Assembly: GCF_021028975.2 (NCBI RefSeq)
Contig: NC_059438.1
Span: 5,890,001 to 5,954,000 of the forward strand
Direction: 5' to 3'
Source of the DNA: Sphaerodactylus townsendi
Taxonomy: Eukaryota
Length of the DNA: 64,000 nt
Both the position numbers and the translations under genes were made by a program. Shown here piece after piece: positions 61,761 to 64,000 of the stretch. Under the pieces are notes generated by a model, which saw only the letters and a program-made list of their open reading frames with translations, did not search any database and was not told the origin of the DNA. Position 1 is the first letter of the stretch. Every line of letters starts with the position of its first letter.

Positions 61761-62860
61761 ACACACATCCTTTGAACCAAAACTAATTCAAATCAGGCCT
61801 GCACAGATTGTTACCTGTGTAGTCAAAAAAGTTAAGCATATGCATAGCATCCTCCCAGGTAGCAATAACACATGGTTTGCCAGGCACCTGATAGGAGGGT
61901 GCATTTATGTTGTAACGTACCAGGGCGTTCTGGCATTTGCTGTTAGCCCAGTCCATTGTGTGCTTGCAAATCCTTGCCATTTTGGATGAATGAATTTCTG
62001 GCTGGAGGTGAAAAGCGTTAGAACACTTTGCTTGGCTCCAGGAATGCGCTTTGTGTTTGGAACAGAGTCAAGAAAAGGCTCGGTTCCTGTTGCCCTACCA
62101 ATAATGTTCCAAGAATATGGTAAAACTTTTCTCTTGGGCTATGTTCAGTTAAAGCTGTTGCTAAGGAGAGTTAAACAATGGAAAAATTATGACTTCTAAG
62201 TAAGCGATGCACAGACTGTGAGAGTTGCACCTGGTCTCTGCATGCAAAATCATATCCTGTGAAAGTTGAAAAAATCTGCAGAAGGCCCCACAACTGGACA
62301 GTGTGATTTGACAGCTAGAAAATGCAACAGCTGTCATTTGATATTATTGTATTGTACTTTTTTGCAAATTGATTCAGTCACCTATGACCCAAGGCCTACA
62401 CGTCAATCTATCATTCTGCTGGCGTGCAAGAAAATGTCTTGCACTTTAACAGAGGCCTAATGTGTTGAAATGAGCAGTTCTAGTCTCTGATGGTACGTAA
62501 CACTCCCCCTTTTAATCTTTTACATAAAGCAACTCAAGGTATCTCTGGCTCTCTTCTTTCCCACTGGATGCTGCTTCCACATCTCTGCTAATAAGTATCT
62601 CTTTTAATCGAATACCCTGCACACTCGGAAATAATGGCTCTGTCAGCCGTGTCTGCTATTTTCCCAGCAGGCCGTGCGTAGTGTTTTGCAGCCAACTGAT
62701 TGAAAATTAAGGTTATGAAGGGGAAAACATGAGGCCCAAAGCCACAGCCTCAGGTTTTTTTGCAGGCTGATTTCACCCTCAAACCACAGCACAGAAAAAC
62801 ATATGTGGAATCCTGGATGGGAAGAACAGCAAATGATTCTTATGTTCTCTTTCAGAAGAG

Positions 62861-63100
62861 ATGATGATGAAGAGGAGTTTGGATTCATACCCTGCCTTTC
62901 TCTCCTTACAGGAGACTCAAAGCAGCTTACAAGCTCCTTTCCCTTCCTCTCCCCACAACGGTGGAACTAATAGAGTTCTGAGATAACTGTGACTAGGCCA
63001 AGGCCACCCAGCAGCTTTCATGTGTAGGAGTGGGGAAATCAAACCCGGTTCTCCAGATCAGGGTCCCCTGGTCTTAACCACTACACCACACTGGCTCTCT
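62861..63100 (-). mobile_element. Squam3-like SINE
   Basis: Same head and tail motifs as 51866-52148. Confidence 0.8.
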
Positions 63101-64000
63101 GAATGCAGACAACACCACAGTTATGCTCCTTCACAATGTGGAACTTCTCAGATCATCAGTCCACACTAGAAAAAGCCTTATCTTTGTTTTCTTTTCCTTA
63201 TCTTGAAACCTTTACTTTCAACATTAGCAGTCTGATAACTGAACAAGTTGATCAACAGAGAATCCTGATTGTAAGTGAGAAGGATGGGAATGGGAAATCT
63301 GTTGATTCTTTGTCATTCTTAAGGGAATTTTCCTGTTTCATCCCCTTGGAGCTTCGTACCAGTCAACTAAATCGTGAAACCGGTTGGTCTGAATCACAGG
63401 AAACTTCTGATCTAGTCAATTTCATTGCATAGAGTTTTGTTTTTAAGAACAAGGTAATTGTTTTGAGCATCATGGCATTTCCTGCTTTGCTTGTTAATAG
63501 ATTGCATGTCACTTCACAAACATTTCATTAAAAAAAACCCATCTATTAATTTTGAAAACTGCTTTAAGGGAAGTGTGTTACTCAGGTCCTGATAATTGTC
63601 CAAATGTGTCAGTTTTGGCTTTTACAAGGTTAAAGAATATTATGAAACATTGCATGAATTGGCAAACTCACATGGCAGGACAGGAAAAAAATAAGTGCGC
63701 GCTGTGTAAGCAATAGCAATTCATCAATACCATCATCAGATCTTTCTAAAAGGTGTTTGTATCCAGATTTGTACCACAAACCAAAATAAGAATTAAGCAT
63801 CTATTAAACTACTGAAATCAACAGTCTGAAGTACTCTATGTTGGCTTGTGGTTTATGTATGTTTGTGGAAAAAGGGAGCTTGAACCATTATGTACGTTTG
63901 TGGAAAAAAGGAGTCTTCTTACACACAAACTTGTTGCTTGATAAAGCACTACCACCCTCTACTGGATGGAGTGTGACACCGGCTGGCTCTGGTGAATGCC

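Overview
Vertebrate, intron-containing genomic DNA from a squamate reptile, most likely a gecko (inferred from Sauria SINE, Squam3-type SINEs, CR1, L2 and RTE repeats). Three protein-coding genes are supported. (1) ATMIN/ASCIZ, + strand, 4 coding exons at 5043-13527, 801 aa. (2) A C16orf46 (DUF4529) orthologue, - strand, coding exons 31278-31069 and 27690-26584, 438 aa, with a CRE plus RFX X-box promoter near 33.3 kb. (3) An intronless glycogen-targeting PP1 subunit of the PPP1R3E/PPP1R3D type, + strand, 41949-42986, with a minimal uORF and probably a very long 3' UTR. The most unusual feature is that the large C16orf46 terminal exon appears to have been tandemly multiplied. A second intact, strongly diverged copy lies at 21998-21153 with the same phase-0 acceptor and no first exon of its own. 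One likely decayed copy lies near 28.0-28.7 kb and one doubtful copy near 24.3-25.0 kb. This suggests an array of alternative terminal exons spliced to one shared 70-aa first exon. The usual neighbours CENPN and GCSH were not recognised in the window. The rest is mostly SINEs, LINE fragments, hAT/Harbinger/Tc-mariner MITEs, Penelope-derived palindromes and a non-autonomous Helitron. All homology calls come from recalled protein and repeat motifs, not from database searches; repeat boundaries without TSDs are approximate.
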